Made by a program: the position numbers and the translations under genes. Under the pieces are notes generated by a model. The model was not told the origin of the DNA. It did no database searches and was given only the letters and a program-made list of their open reading frames with translations. From a virus (lineage: Duplodnaviria > Caudoviricetes), in the IMG/VR virus record IMGVR_UViG_3300010223_000004, positions 1 through 48,667 of that record: a stretch of DNA of 48,667 nucleotides. One strand, written 5' to 3'. Of the stretch, positions 27,234 through 37,600 are shown one piece after another (within the stretch, counting starts at the first letter, position 1; every line of letters starts with the position of its first letter).

Positions 27234-28922
27234 ATGACTGTTGACTCTGCACTCCTGCTCTCCGCTGTGGATGAAGCCCGTTTCGAGCGAGGCCGCATCC
27301 GCAAGCGCGACCGTTCCGGCGGTCCCCTGACCTATATCGAGGTGGCCTCGCAGGCCGGGCTGCACTCGTCCGTGTTCTCCCGCCTCAAGCGCGGCACCCT
27401 GCCCGGAGATGATTCCCTCGATGCCCTGCTTACGTGGCTCAATCGCGACATCGAAGAGTTCGAGACGTGCGCCGACTGCGCCGCTGCCGACGAGGCTGCG
27501 GAACTGGAATCGGAAGAGGACGAAGATAAGCGGGAAGAGGAAGAGCTTGACTCGGAGAATGATCCGACCGAGCAGACCTCGGCAATCTATGGCAAGGGAC
27601 GCCTCTCCACCACGGAAGACGATGCGACCAAGGCACTGCTGACCCGTGTCCGGGAACTGCTGCGCGAGGGGGCGGTCGGCGTCTCTATCGCCCACGATAT
27701 GAATCCTGACGACATGCCATCCAAAGATGAGATCGACGCGCTTATCGACGCGGAGAAGTGGGACGAGTTGGATGAGCTGTTCGCCAGCATCACGATCCGT
27801 CCGCGCCACGTCGCCATCGTGGACACTCCCGCATTCAGCGATGCCCGCCTCACCCTCAACGACGATGACACCGTAGAGGGCAACGTAGTGTTCGAGGGGC
27901 TGTGGACAGGGGATATGCGCATCCTGCCCTACGGTTCGTTGCAGTGGGACAAGACCCTGCCTATCCCGATTATCTTCGATATCCAAGACGGCGACCACAC
28001 CGGCGCAACGGTCGGGTATATCGATGAGATGGAGCGCCTTGACGGTGTTACCGCCTCGCTCAAGGCTCCCGATGTGACCGAAGAGCAGGCCGAGGCTGTC
28101 ATCGCTGCAGCTACCGGAATCAGTCAGGCGAGTATCGCCGATCAGCTGCCCGCCGACCTGTTCAAGACTTTCGCCGCCAGTAAGGCCGAGCCGCTGCGCG
28201 TTGGGAAGCCGGATGCATTCGGGCTCCGCCGTATCTGGGGACACGCTGCACCGAACGGCGTCTGCCACCGCTCGGACATGGGAGCCTGCTTCCAGTACCC
28301 GGGAGATGTTGATCCCGAGCACCGCCACTTCCACACCGGAGCCGAGGTTTCGCTCGATGACGGTCGGAAGATCCGAGTCGGAGCACTCACGTTTGGTGGC
28401 GGGCATATCGACGCCAGCCTCGCCAAGCGTGGCGTGTCGGCCAAGGAAGTGAACCGGCACCGGGAGGACACCAACCGCGTGTTCGCTATGGTCCGGGCTT
28501 GGCAGGACACGCACGGGCTGGCTGTGAGCGGCGTCGTGATGCCGAACGTCAGTCAGGATGAGCTGCTCCGCGCCCTGTCCTCTGCTCCATCCGTCGAGCT
28601 GTGGCCCGCCAGCCGTGGGCGTACACTCGTAGGCATTCACCTTGTGCCGACTCCCGCCTGGCCTGTGGTGGCCAGTGCAGGGGGATCGGCGCAGGAGTAT
28701 GTGTCGCCCGAGACGGTGGAGGTCGAGGACGCCGATGACCTGCTCGCTGAGGAAGAGCCAGCCGATCCGCCTGCCGAGGCGGGGGATGAGGAAGAGCCGG
28801 AGGAAGAGAAGCCGGACGCAGACCTTGACGAGGTACTGGCCAGCCTAGAGCGGATCGAGAAGGCCATCGCTACGATTCTCAACTCCCTGCCCGATGATGT
28901 TCCCAACCCGGATGACGAGTGA
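27234..28922 (+). CDS. Capsid maturation protease/scaffold-region protein with N-terminal XRE-type HTH
   Basis: Position before the capsid gene; LTYIEVASQAGLHSSVFSRLKRG HTH; RRIWGHAA...CH...FHTG...GGGH domain. Confidence 0.7.
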   Translation: MTVDSALLLSAVDEARFERGRIRKRDRSGGPLTYIEVASQAGLHSSVFSRLKRGTLPGDDSLDALLTWLNRDIEEFETCADCAAADEAAELESEEDEDKREEEELDSENDPTEQTSAIYGKGRLSTTEDDATKALLTRVRELLREGAVGVSIAHDMNPDDMPSKDEIDALIDAEKWDELDELFASITIRPRHVAIVDTPAFSDARLTLNDDDTVEGNVVFEGLWTGDMRILPYGSLQWDKTLPIPIIFDIQDGDHTGATVGYIDEMERLDGVTASLKAPDVTEEQAEAVIAAATGISQASIADQLPADLFKTFAASKAEPLRVGKPDAFGLRRIWGHAAPNGVCHRSDMGACFQYPGDVDPEHRHFHTGAEVSLDDGRKIRVGALTFGGGHIDASLAKRGVSAKEVNRHREDTNRVFAMVRAWQDTHGLAVSGVVMPNVSQDELLRALSSAPSVELWPASRGRTLVGIHLVPTPAWPVVASAGGSAQEYVSPETVEVEDADDLLAEEEPADPPAEAGDEEEPEEEKPDADLDEVLASLERIEKAIATILNSLPDDVPNPDDE

Positions 28923-28997
28923 TAGAGTCAGAATCGGCGGTTATAGTAGAACAATTGTTCTGCGACATATTGGGTGATTATCCTTTCGGTGGATAAG

Positions 28998-29036
28998 TAG
29001 AAATAGGTCCGACAAACTCGGGCCTATTTCTATTTC
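28998..29036 (+). terminator. Terminator-like hairpin before the capsid promoter region
   Basis: agtagaaataggtccga-caaac-tcgggcctatttctattt. Confidence 0.6.
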
Positions 29037-29139
29037 CCAGACATAGATGGTTTAATGTAGCTATAGGTCGTCTGTAGGGCGGTCCGTCCGGTGAAGCCGG
29101 TGAATCCGATTCAATTATCCGATTTACCGGAGGACCAGA

Positions 29140-30735
29140 ATGTTGACGCTCGAAGAGGCTTTGGAAATCCTCAGCCGTCACGGTTCCGACAATGCGCCCA
29201 GCGCCTCGGAACTGGCCAACGCTCGCGACGCCATCGCTCGCGAGATCCACAAGCTCAAGCGCGAGAAGTCCAGCGACCTCGACGCGCTCATGACCATGCG
29301 CGAGACCTACCAGGCCGCTGCTCAGGCCGTCACTGAGGCGGAAGAGCTTGAGGCCGAGGCTGCCAAGGCAGTCGAGGACGCTCTCGGAGACATCCCTGAC
29401 CCGGATGCGGGATCGGGCGATGAGCTGTCCGCCGAGACCGCCGAGGATGAGCAGCCGACCGGCGCTGTCCTCTCGGTCCGTGAGGCGTTGGAGAAGCTCG
29501 GCCTGCGTGGCGGAACCTCTACCGCCCAGGTGACCGAGCCGGAAGAGACCGACCTCGCTGCCACCAAGACCACGATCCACCTCGACGGCAATATCGTGGA
29601 GGATGCTTCGTGGAACGATCTGGGAAAAGCATTCAGCACCGCATCGCGACGGGGTATGAAGGCTGGCCGGAACAGCATTGTCCGCGTCGATACCGAGTTT
29701 GCTTCGGAGCGGATGCTGCCCGGGAAGATTGCCGAGAACACTTCGTTCATCGACAATCTAGTTTCTCCTGAGGCCGTCACCGCTGCAGGTGGATGCTGCT
29801 CGTTGCCGACCCCGATCTACGAGAACCCGGTCTACAGCTCGCTCGCTCGCCCGATCCGCGACGCACTCCCCACCGTTGGTGTGCAGCAGCGTGGCAGCGT
29901 GTCGTTCTTCCCGGCTGTCTGCCTGCCGTCCGAGGGTGCTGCCCTGTGGACCTGTGAGCAGGACGCGGGGGTCGATCCGGAGGATCCGGGGACCTGGAAG
30001 CAGTGCTTCAGCGTGGAGTGCGACGAAGAGCAGCGTGTCGTCATCGACGCGATCTACTCGTGCCTCGATGTCGGTAACTTCCAGGCCCGGTTCGCGCCGG
30101 AGCAGTGGGAGGCTTACCTGCGGGCCACGGCTGCACTGCAGTCCCGTGTGGCCGAGGTTGCTCTGTTCAATAAGATGGTCGCTGGCGTGCAGACCACGCA
30201 CACCGCCGAGAGCACGGGATCGCTGTACGTGACCCTGTACAACGGCGTGGGCCGGGCTGCCGCTGCGATCCGTCAGGATCAGCGCCTCGATAGCGTTCAG
30301 CTCACGATGGTTCTCCCGGATTGGGTCCGCCAGGCGGTTCGCGCCGACCTGCGCGCTCGCCGGGTCCGCGATGTGGAGAACGTGGAGGTTGCCGACGCTC
30401 TGCTCATCCAGGCTGCGGCGAACGAGGGCGTGCGTCTGGTCTTCAGCCCGGACATTGTTCCGCTTGAGCCGAACGGCCAGGAGGATGGTCCGCTGACCGA
30501 CTACCCAGATACGTTCCAGACGGTGATCTTCCCGGACGGGTACTTCTCGTTCCTGGACGGCGGCACGCTGGACCTGGGTACCGAGATTCGGGACCACGAC
30601 CTGAACCGCCAGAACAAGCTGGCTGCGTTCGCGGAGTCGTTCGAGGGCCTGCTGGCTCGCGGATGCAACGCGAAGGCTGTCACCTTCCCCGTGGATATTT
30701 GCGAGGACGTTCCCTGCCCGCCCGTTGGTTCCTGA
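29140..30735 (+). CDS. Major capsid protein (hexamer type, long N-terminal scaffold-like region)
   Basis: VTAAGGCC..P...Y and LDLGTEIRDHDLNRQNKLAAFAESFEG resemble actinophage cluster-B-type capsid hexamer proteins; ggagg RBS. Confidence 0.88.
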   Translation: MLTLEEALEILSRHGSDNAPSASELANARDAIAREIHKLKREKSSDLDALMTMRETYQAAAQAVTEAEELEAEAAKAVEDALGDIPDPDAGSGDELSAETAEDEQPTGAVLSVREALEKLGLRGGTSTAQVTEPEETDLAATKTTIHLDGNIVEDASWNDLGKAFSTASRRGMKAGRNSIVRVDTEFASERMLPGKIAENTSFIDNLVSPEAVTAAGGCCSLPTPIYENPVYSSLARPIRDALPTVGVQQRGSVSFFPAVCLPSEGAALWTCEQDAGVDPEDPGTWKQCFSVECDEEQRVVIDAIYSCLDVGNFQARFAPEQWEAYLRATAALQSRVAEVALFNKMVAGVQTTHTAESTGSLYVTLYNGVGRAAAAIRQDQRLDSVQLTMVLPDWVRQAVRADLRARRVRDVENVEVADALLIQAAANEGVRLVFSPDIVPLEPNGQEDGPLTDYPDTFQTVIFPDGYFSFLDGGTLDLGTEIRDHDLNRQNKLAAFAESFEGLLARGCNAKAVTFPVDICEDVPCPPVGS

Positions 30736-30766
30736 GAAAGCATCTAGGTAGAAAGGGGTTTCCGCT

Positions 30767-31531
30767 ATGACGGTTACTCTGCCTGAACCTACCGAGCTTG
30801 CCGATCAGAACGCTCGGCAGGCCGGGGGGCGAGGTCTGCTTCAGACTTCGCTCACCCCGCCTGCCGGGTGGCAGCGGGGGCTCAGTGTCCCGTTCTATGG
30901 CTGCGGTGAACCGATCCTTCGGGATAAATGCATCGCAGGCGAGGATGAGGCACACCGCCCCTCCATCGTTGACTTCTACAGTTTCCCCATCGAGCAGGGT
31001 GCCACCTGCTCCACCCTTTCCGGTCTGGACCATGAGGCGCATGCTAGGGCACGGCTCGATGCAACCGCCGAGTGGGCTCTGGGCCGTCAGCTTGCGGTGG
31101 ATCAGGTCGGCACCGGTTCTCCCAGCTTCGCCGATGCGGTGACTCTAGGAACGGCTGAAGATTTCGTACAGGCTGTGGGCTGCCTTGAGCAGCTTGCAGC
31201 GGACACGGGATTCGGCGCTCGATGGACGCTTCACACGTCGGTCAAGGGCGCTGCGTACCTGCGCAGTGCCTCGATGATGAACAACGACGGGTTCAGTCCC
31301 GCTGGCGCCCGTTGGATCATCTCACCGGGATATCCGGCAGAGACGGACACTGTGCGTCTCTGGGTTACCGGTCAGGTGTGGGCGGCTGTGGATGCTGCGG
31401 AGGTTCATTCGGCGGTTGATCGGCGGACCAACGACGACTCGGCTTACGCCCTGTCGGCGGGGATCGTCGCTTTCGACCCGTGCATTCTCGGCGCTATCGA
31501 TGTGGCCGTGACGGCTTGCCCAGGAGGGTAA
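30767..31531 (+). CDS. Second capsid protein (pentamer type)
   Basis: W..G......C, F.I.....CS and ARARL...EWAL pattern; directly after the hexamer-type capsid gene. Confidence 0.65.
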   Translation: MTVTLPEPTELADQNARQAGGRGLLQTSLTPPAGWQRGLSVPFYGCGEPILRDKCIAGEDEAHRPSIVDFYSFPIEQGATCSTLSGLDHEAHARARLDATAEWALGRQLAVDQVGTGSPSFADAVTLGTAEDFVQAVGCLEQLAADTGFGARWTLHTSVKGAAYLRSASMMNNDGFSPAGARWIISPGYPAETDTVRLWVTGQVWAAVDAAEVHSAVDRRTNDDSAYALSAGIVAFDPCILGAIDVAVTACPGG

Positions 31532-31588
31532 GGAAATGAATATTTCTAAGGTCGGAAAGTCCGGCCATATCAGAAAGGTTGATTGATT

Positions 31589-32293
31589 ATGGCCGAGTGC
31601 AAGACTCCCGATTTGGGCCGTATCAAGGGCGTAGCCCTGGCCCTGCTCGATGACTGCCTGGCTCCTATCTACGGCACGGACGCGGTTTATTTCGATGACT
31701 GCCCCGCTGCTGTAGAGACCAGTGATAACGTCGATGACGGCGAAGAGTTCACGCGCCGTTGTGCGGACGGGTCGATCAAGGTCCACCTGCCGGGTGTGCG
31801 TTCGCTTCAGTCCATCGAGGTCAATGTCGATTTCCACTGGCTCGACCCGAACTGGGTTGCGCAGGCGGGCGGTGCCAAGCCGATTCTTCACGACGGCGAG
31901 GTCATCGGCTGGTCGGACACGACCCAGGATCGTTTCAACGTGGCGGTCATCATCTGGCAGGAGATCATCGGAGAGAGCGCGTGCGCCGAGGGCGGTGCGG
32001 GCAACTACGTTCGCATCTACCCGCTCAAGGGTGCGCGCCTGTCCGAGGAAGGGTCGCCGGGTGCGGAGGATAACTTCATCCGCCTCATTGGTCTGACTCA
32101 GGATAAGCACGAGCTGGGCTCGGGTCCGTTGCCTCTGGCGGCGGCTGCCGATGGATCCTCCGAATGGCTGACCAACTGCATCCCGCGGGGTCACCGGTTC
32201 CGGTTCGTCGGCGGTGCTATGCCGGAAGAGTGCGGCACCATCGATACCGTGGCTCCGACTGTCCCGTGTGAGCCGAATCCGGATGAGTCCTGA
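31589..32293 (+). CDS. Major tail (tube) protein
   Basis: LDDC..P, DDGEEFTRRCADG motif; synteny. Confidence 0.75.
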   Translation: MAECKTPDLGRIKGVALALLDDCLAPIYGTDAVYFDDCPAAVETSDNVDDGEEFTRRCADGSIKVHLPGVRSLQSIEVNVDFHWLDPNWVAQAGGAKPILHDGEVIGWSDTTQDRFNVAVIIWQEIIGESACAEGGAGNYVRIYPLKGARLSEEGSPGAEDNFIRLIGLTQDKHELGSGPLPLAAAADGSSEWLTNCIPRGHRFRFVGGAMPEECGTIDTVAPTVPCEPNPDES

Positions 32294-32341
32294 GAATCAG
32301 GCTGGTAGGTAATTAGATTAGGTCAGCAGTAGGAGAGGGTC

Positions 32342-33097
32342 ATGGCGGTAAATGTCCAGTGTGACATTGAGGTTTCGTCGGCACTCTCCTGCTGCTGGCC
32401 TATTTCTATAGATGAGGGATGCTGCCCGGAAGCCGAGGCCCTGGAGCAGGAGCGGGTTGACCAGCTAGGTCAAATCGTCTCGTCCATGCTCTTGCGGTGG
32501 TCGGGCTACCAGGTGGGGCTCTGCCAGGCGCAGATTCGTCCCCTGCATGAGTGCTCCTACTGCCGCACGTGGTGCTGTGGATCGGCGGATGGTATCCGCC
32601 TCGACGGTCCCAATGGAATGCGAGTAGCGGATGTTCTTGCGGTGTACGCGCCGAATGAACTGCTGCTGACCGACTACCATTTCGACTCGACTTCCCAGAC
32701 TCTCTACCGCACCCCGCCGGATAAGTGGCCTGCACGTGACGCCAAGCACCTGCCGCTAGGTGAACCGGGGACGTTCGGTGTCGATGTAGTGGTTGGTTCC
32801 CCGCCCGATGAGTGGGCGCTGTGGGTGGCTGAGCAGTTGTTCTGCGAGCTGGCCAAGTCTTGCCGTGGAGGTAAGTGCCGCATCCCCAAGAATGCTATTC
32901 GAGTGGACGGTCAGGGCATCTCGGTGGCGGTGTCGGAGAATGAACTGAAGCACATGATCCCTGAGGTTATGGCCTGGGTAGGCGCGGTTAATCCTGCTGG
33001 CGCAACCGTCCCTGCCCGCGTGTTCTCTCCCGAGGTCGCCCGTCGCGGTACACGAGTGGCTGGCGGGCTCTACGGTGTGCGAGGCTGCTGTGGCTAA
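32342..33097 (+). CDS. Head-to-tail adaptor
   Basis: Cys-rich; ELAKSC...CRIP...VDGQGIS...VNP motif. Confidence 0.7.
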   Translation: MAVNVQCDIEVSSALSCCWPISIDEGCCPEAEALEQERVDQLGQIVSSMLLRWSGYQVGLCQAQIRPLHECSYCRTWCCGSADGIRLDGPNGMRVADVLAVYAPNELLLTDYHFDSTSQTLYRTPPDKWPARDAKHLPLGEPGTFGVDVVVGSPPDEWALWVAEQLFCELAKSCRGGKCRIPKNAIRVDGQGISVAVSENELKHMIPEVMAWVGAVNPAGATVPARVFSPEVARRGTRVAGGLYGVRGCCG

Positions 33098-33614
33098 GTC
33101 GATCACCGCTACCCGCCAGGAGATCCTCGACTGCATCTGCGATTCGCTAGCGGAGCAGAACCGTCCTGTGTGCGAGTGCTATGCAACGGTCGGGGTGCCT
33201 ATGGTGTCCAACTGCTGCGAATGCGAACTTGACACGACAGGCGAGGTTTCCATCTCCCTGCTGTCGGTGCAAGACGTGGACCCAAACACGTTCTCGGTGT
33301 CCGCTCGCCGTAGACCATGTAAAGGTGGTCAAGTAGCGGCTACATTCCAGATTGTCCTGGCACGCTGCTTCCCGACCATCACCGAGGAGGGCGAAGTACC
33401 CGACACCGTTGATCAAACCGAAGCGGCGAATGAGCTGGATATTGACATTACCGCTATCTGGTACGCACTTACCTGCTGCCTAGATAACGATATCGACCGC
33501 CTCATCGAGTCGGTGAATGTGCAGACCGAGCCGTCGGGGGGCTGCTCATTCGTCTCTATTCGAGTTACGGCTGCGGTGGATATGAAGCTGAGCCTGTTGG
33601 ACGATACTGTCTGA
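33090..33614 (+). CDS. Tail terminator/completion protein
   Basis: Cys-rich; RC.P and PSGGC motifs; synteny. Confidence 0.6.
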   Translation: MAKSITATRQEILDCICDSLAEQNRPVCECYATVGVPMVSNCCECELDTTGEVSISLLSVQDVDPNTFSVSARRRPCKGGQVAATFQIVLARCFPTITEEGEVPDTVDQTEAANELDIDITAIWYALTCCLDNDIDRLIESVNVQTEPSGGCSFVSIRVTAAVDMKLSLLDDTV

Positions 33615-33701
33615 TACGCTCATAATGCGGGGCCGGGCGCTGTCGGGGCGTGATCCTTCCCCGGCCCCGCATTAACCCGATTCTCAGAAGGAGAGAATGA
33701 A

Positions 33702-34079
33702 ATGGCACTGAATCAAACTAACCGAGAAGTAGTCTCTATCGGTATCGACTTCCGTCCGATCCCGGTCGATATCGGGGACGGAAAGATCTGGAACTTCGAC
33801 CCGGACCCGGCTCCCGACAAGTGGGATAATCTCAACGCTACGTTGATGAAGTTCCAGTCGCTGCAGAACGTCGATCAGGACAATATCGAGGAACTGAAGC
33901 TCTCACCACTGCTCACCGACCTCCGCAAGGCGCTCGGCGGGCTGCTGGCCGACCGTGAGCAGGAGAAGGAGTGGAACAAGACCACCTACGGTCTTATGCC
34001 GCTTCAGTCTTTGGCACAAAGAGTTATGGAGCAGATCACGGGTTTCCCTACGAATCAGGACTCCAACTCTGGCGAATAA
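33702..34079 (+). CDS. Tail assembly chaperone (short form)
   Basis: Upstream of the tape measure gene; slippery G GGT TTC near the 3' end. Confidence 0.8.
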   Translation: MALNQTNREVVSIGIDFRPIPVDIGDGKIWNFDPDPAPDKWDNLNATLMKFQSLQNVDQDNIEELKLSPLLTDLRKALGGLLADREQEKEWNKTTYGLMPLQSLAQRVMEQITGFPTNQDSNSGE

Positions 34080-34303
34080 TTCGTCGGCAGTGGATTGTCC
34101 TCGTCAACGGGTGGAACAAAGAAGGTATCGCATGGCGGCGCATGTCAGCGACAGAGATCATGTGGCTGGTGTACGAAACCATTATGGAGAATCTGAAAGA
34201 GAATAAGTCCCCGAATACTCGAAGGTTCTACACGTTGATGAAAGATTGGGACGGTCTTAGAGAGTTCGATCTCTCCAAGCAGAATGACACTGCTGAGAGG
34301 TAA
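34040..34303 (+). CDS. Tail assembly chaperone -1 frameshift extension
   Basis: X XXY YYZ heptamer GGGTTTC at 34040-34046 leads into the open -1 frame FPYESGLQLWR... ending at 34303. Confidence 0.75.
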   Translation, partial: GFPYESGLQLWRIIRRQWIVLVNGWNKEGIAWRRMSATEIMWLVYETIMENLKENKSPNTRRFYTLMKDWDGLREFDLSKQNDTAER

Positions 34304-34673
34304 TTCATATAGACTCGTCTATAACATAGGAGGCCGGATGCTGACCGTCACTAAGACCGACGTGCGAATGCGCGATTCTGGTTCTATCGCAGTCAGTATT
34401 CGGCCTCTTGTTTTGCCTTTGGCCGAGGGGAAGGCTCGGGAAATCGCTAACCGAGCCTGGGCCAATGCTCCGTATCGAACAGGGCGGTTGAAGGCATCTA
34501 TCCGCGTTGACCGCCGTGACGCTGCTGGTCGATTCACTTCGGCTGGCGGAGTCGGTATCTGCGCGTTCGAGGTCAGCGCTAATACCCCGTATGCCGGTTT
34601 CGTGGAGTTCGGTACCCGCAAGATGCGTGCTCGCCCGTATCTGCGTCCTGCGCTGCGTCAGGCGGGCGTCTGA
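34284..34673 (+). CDS. HK97 gp10-like tail completion protein
   Basis: APYRTGRLKASI and YAGFVEFGTRKMRARPYLRPAL. Confidence 0.88.
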   Translation: MTLLRGNSYRLVYNIGGRMLTVTKTDVRMRDSGSIAVSIRPLVLPLAEGKAREIANRAWANAPYRTGRLKASIRVDRRDAAGRFTSAGGVGICAFEVSANTPYAGFVEFGTRKMRARPYLRPALRQAGV

Positions 34674-37600
34674 TGGCGGGGGGATTCGACGCGGGCCGCG
34701 CAGTACTGTCCGTCGAGGCTGAGCTTGATAAGTCTTCACTCGATAAAGTTTCCCGTGACGCTGCGGGACGGCTGAGGGATTCCCGGGGTCGGTTCATCAA
34801 GGAAGGCCGGGAGACTGGCAAGGCTTACGGAAATGCGTTTGCGTGGAATACGCAGGCGATGATCCAGTCGCAGACTGCCAAGATCGCGTCTAGCGGCACC
34901 AAGATCGGCGATAACTTCGTCAAGAATGTCAGCCGTAGTTTCAGCAAGCTCGGCGGACTTGTAGCTGCCCCATTCTCCAAGACCATCGGCACCTTCGTCT
35001 CTGGATTCCGCTCGTCCGAGGTGGCGGCGTCGGCGTTCTCGGGGCGGTTGGGTACCCTGGGCGGGCATGCTCGCCGGTCACTGCAGCCGATTGTCGATTC
35101 CACGAACCGATTCGTTCGAGGATTCCAGGACAGCACGTTCGCTGCTGCCTCATACTCAGGCGCTCTAGGCACGCTAGGAGGCGTCGCCCGCCGAGTCCTC
35201 CAGCCCGCAATCTCTACCGTGCGGGGCATCGGGTCGGCATTCAGTCGAGTCGGAGCCACCGTAGGACGTGTAGTTGCACCAGCATTCGGGGCGATAGGTA
35301 GAGCCGCGTCCAGTGCTGGGGGTATTGCCCAGCGAGCGCTAGGCGGGCTACGGCGCGTAGCGGGGACTGTAGCAGGCGGGCTCGGCAGTATCGCATCCTC
35401 CGCTAGCAATGCCTTCGGAGCCATCATCCGTGGAGCGGATCAAGCTGCTAGCCGGATGGTCTCATTCGGTAAAGAGATGACCATCGCCACCGCCCCGATT
35501 CAGGCGCTGGTCGGCGATGCGCTGTTCGGCGGTGCCAAGCGTCTTATGACGCTGGAGAACGCTAGATCTCTGCTCAATACGATCGGAGCCGAGACTGAGA
35601 AGGTCATGGCTTCGGTGGACCGAGCTGTGACAGGTACTCGATTCGCGCTCAACGAAGCTGCCGACATGGGCGCTCTGCTCGCTGCCGCGGGATTCGACGC
35701 AGGCAAGGAAACGGAGCGGTGGCTGTCGGCCACTGCCGATATCGCACAGGCGTCGGGCCGCTCCTTCGGTGAAATCTCGTACACCATGACCGAGGTGGCT
35801 CAGTCTGGCCGGGCAATGGGTGGCGAGCTACGTCAGCTCCCCCTCGCGGTGTCTGCTCTGGCTGATGAGCTGGGCGTATCTCAGGATGAGGTTCGTCGTC
35901 TAGCGTCCGAGGGTGAGATCACTTCGGACGTGTGGATCAGGGCTATCGAGAAGGCCTACGGAGGCATCTCCAAGGGCGCGGGGACCACCTTCCAATCGGC
36001 ACTGGCCAACATTCGCACGGCTATGGCGCGACTCGGCGCTGGGTTCCTGGAGCCGATCTTCGGGGTGCTGCGCGACGCCATGCTCGAAGCTATCCCGGTC
36101 ATCGATAAGTTCGGGGACAACGCCGCCGCCGCTGGTCAAGTGGTCGCCAGCGGTATCTCGTGGATGATTGAGGCGTTCAAGGCCCTTCCGTCACCCATCC
36201 AGAAGGCTGTAGGAATCCTTGCTGGATTTCTTGCTGCTATTGGGCCGATCTCTATCGTGGCGGGCACTCTACTTCCGGTGCTCGCTAATATCGGCAAAGT
36301 TTTCATGTTCCTGCTGAAACCTATCGGCCTGTTGATCAGCGTTGTCAAGGTTCTTTGGGTAAACCTAAAGATGCTGGCTGTAGCGTTCACGTGGATAAGC
36401 GCACCTATTCTCGTTGCTATCGCTGCCATCGCCGCTATAGGCGTCGCCCTTGTTCTCCTGTATAAGAAGAATGAGACGTTCCGTAACGCAGTTCAGGCCG
36501 CGTGGGAATGGGTCAAGAACGCGGTCGTGCAGGCGTGGGAAGGGTATATCAAACCAGCGCTCGCGGCGTTTGCGAACTTCGTCACCGGCACCCTATGGCC
36601 CGCCATACAAGCGTTCTGGAACAACGGAGTCAAGCCCGTGTTCCAAGCTCTCGGGTCGTTCATCGCTGCCGTATGGACAGGTGTCATCTGGCCCGCTCTC
36701 AAGGCGTTCGGGGCGTTCCTCGTCGGCCCGCTGTGGTCTGGGGTCAAGACCGTATTCGGTGGGATCATCTCGGCGTTCCAGACGGTCGGCAAGGCCGTCT
36801 CGGACGTGTGGAAGATCTACATTCAGCCGCCGCTCATGGAGTGGATCGGATTCTTCCGAAGCGTGTTCGGCCCGGTCTTCTCCTGGCTGTACACGTCGGT
36901 GATCCAGCCCGTGTTCAACGGGATCGTCGCTGCCGTGCAGTTCGCGTGGGCCAACATCATGCCCGCTCTAACTGCGGTGTGGACGTTCATCTCGACCATT
37001 CTCAGCCCTGCGCTGAATACCCTGGGAGTGATCTTCCGCACCGTGTTCACGGTTGTCGGGACTATCGTCTCGGCCGCTTGGGCGATCATTCAGCCGATTT
37101 TCAACGCGATCTCTACGGTGATCCGGTCTGTAGTGATTCCGTCGATTCAGTTCTTCGGGTCGATCCTGCTGTCATCGTTCGGCCTGATTACCGCTGCAAT
37201 CAAGCTGTGGTGGAATGGGGTTGCCAAGCCGATCTTCACGCTGTTCATGATGCTCATCAGGACGGTAGTCGTCCCGGTTATCCAATTCCTGTGGAATATC
37301 TTCCGCACGGTGTTCAACGCCATCATGACGGTTATCCGCACGTGGTGGAACGTTGTCGTACGACCGATCTTCAACGCCGTCGTTGCCTTTATCCGCAACG
37401 TGCTTGGCCCTATCTTCCGCTGGCTGTGGAACAGTATCGTCAGCCCGGTGTTCGGGTGGATCGGGTCGAAGATCTCAGGTGTCTGGAACGGAACGATCCG
37501 CCCCGCGTTCGACGGAATCCGGGCGGGTGCCCGGAAGGTCGGAGAGGCGTTCGGGGCGGCTAAGGATGCTGTCAGCCGTGCTTGGGATAAGTTGAAGAGC

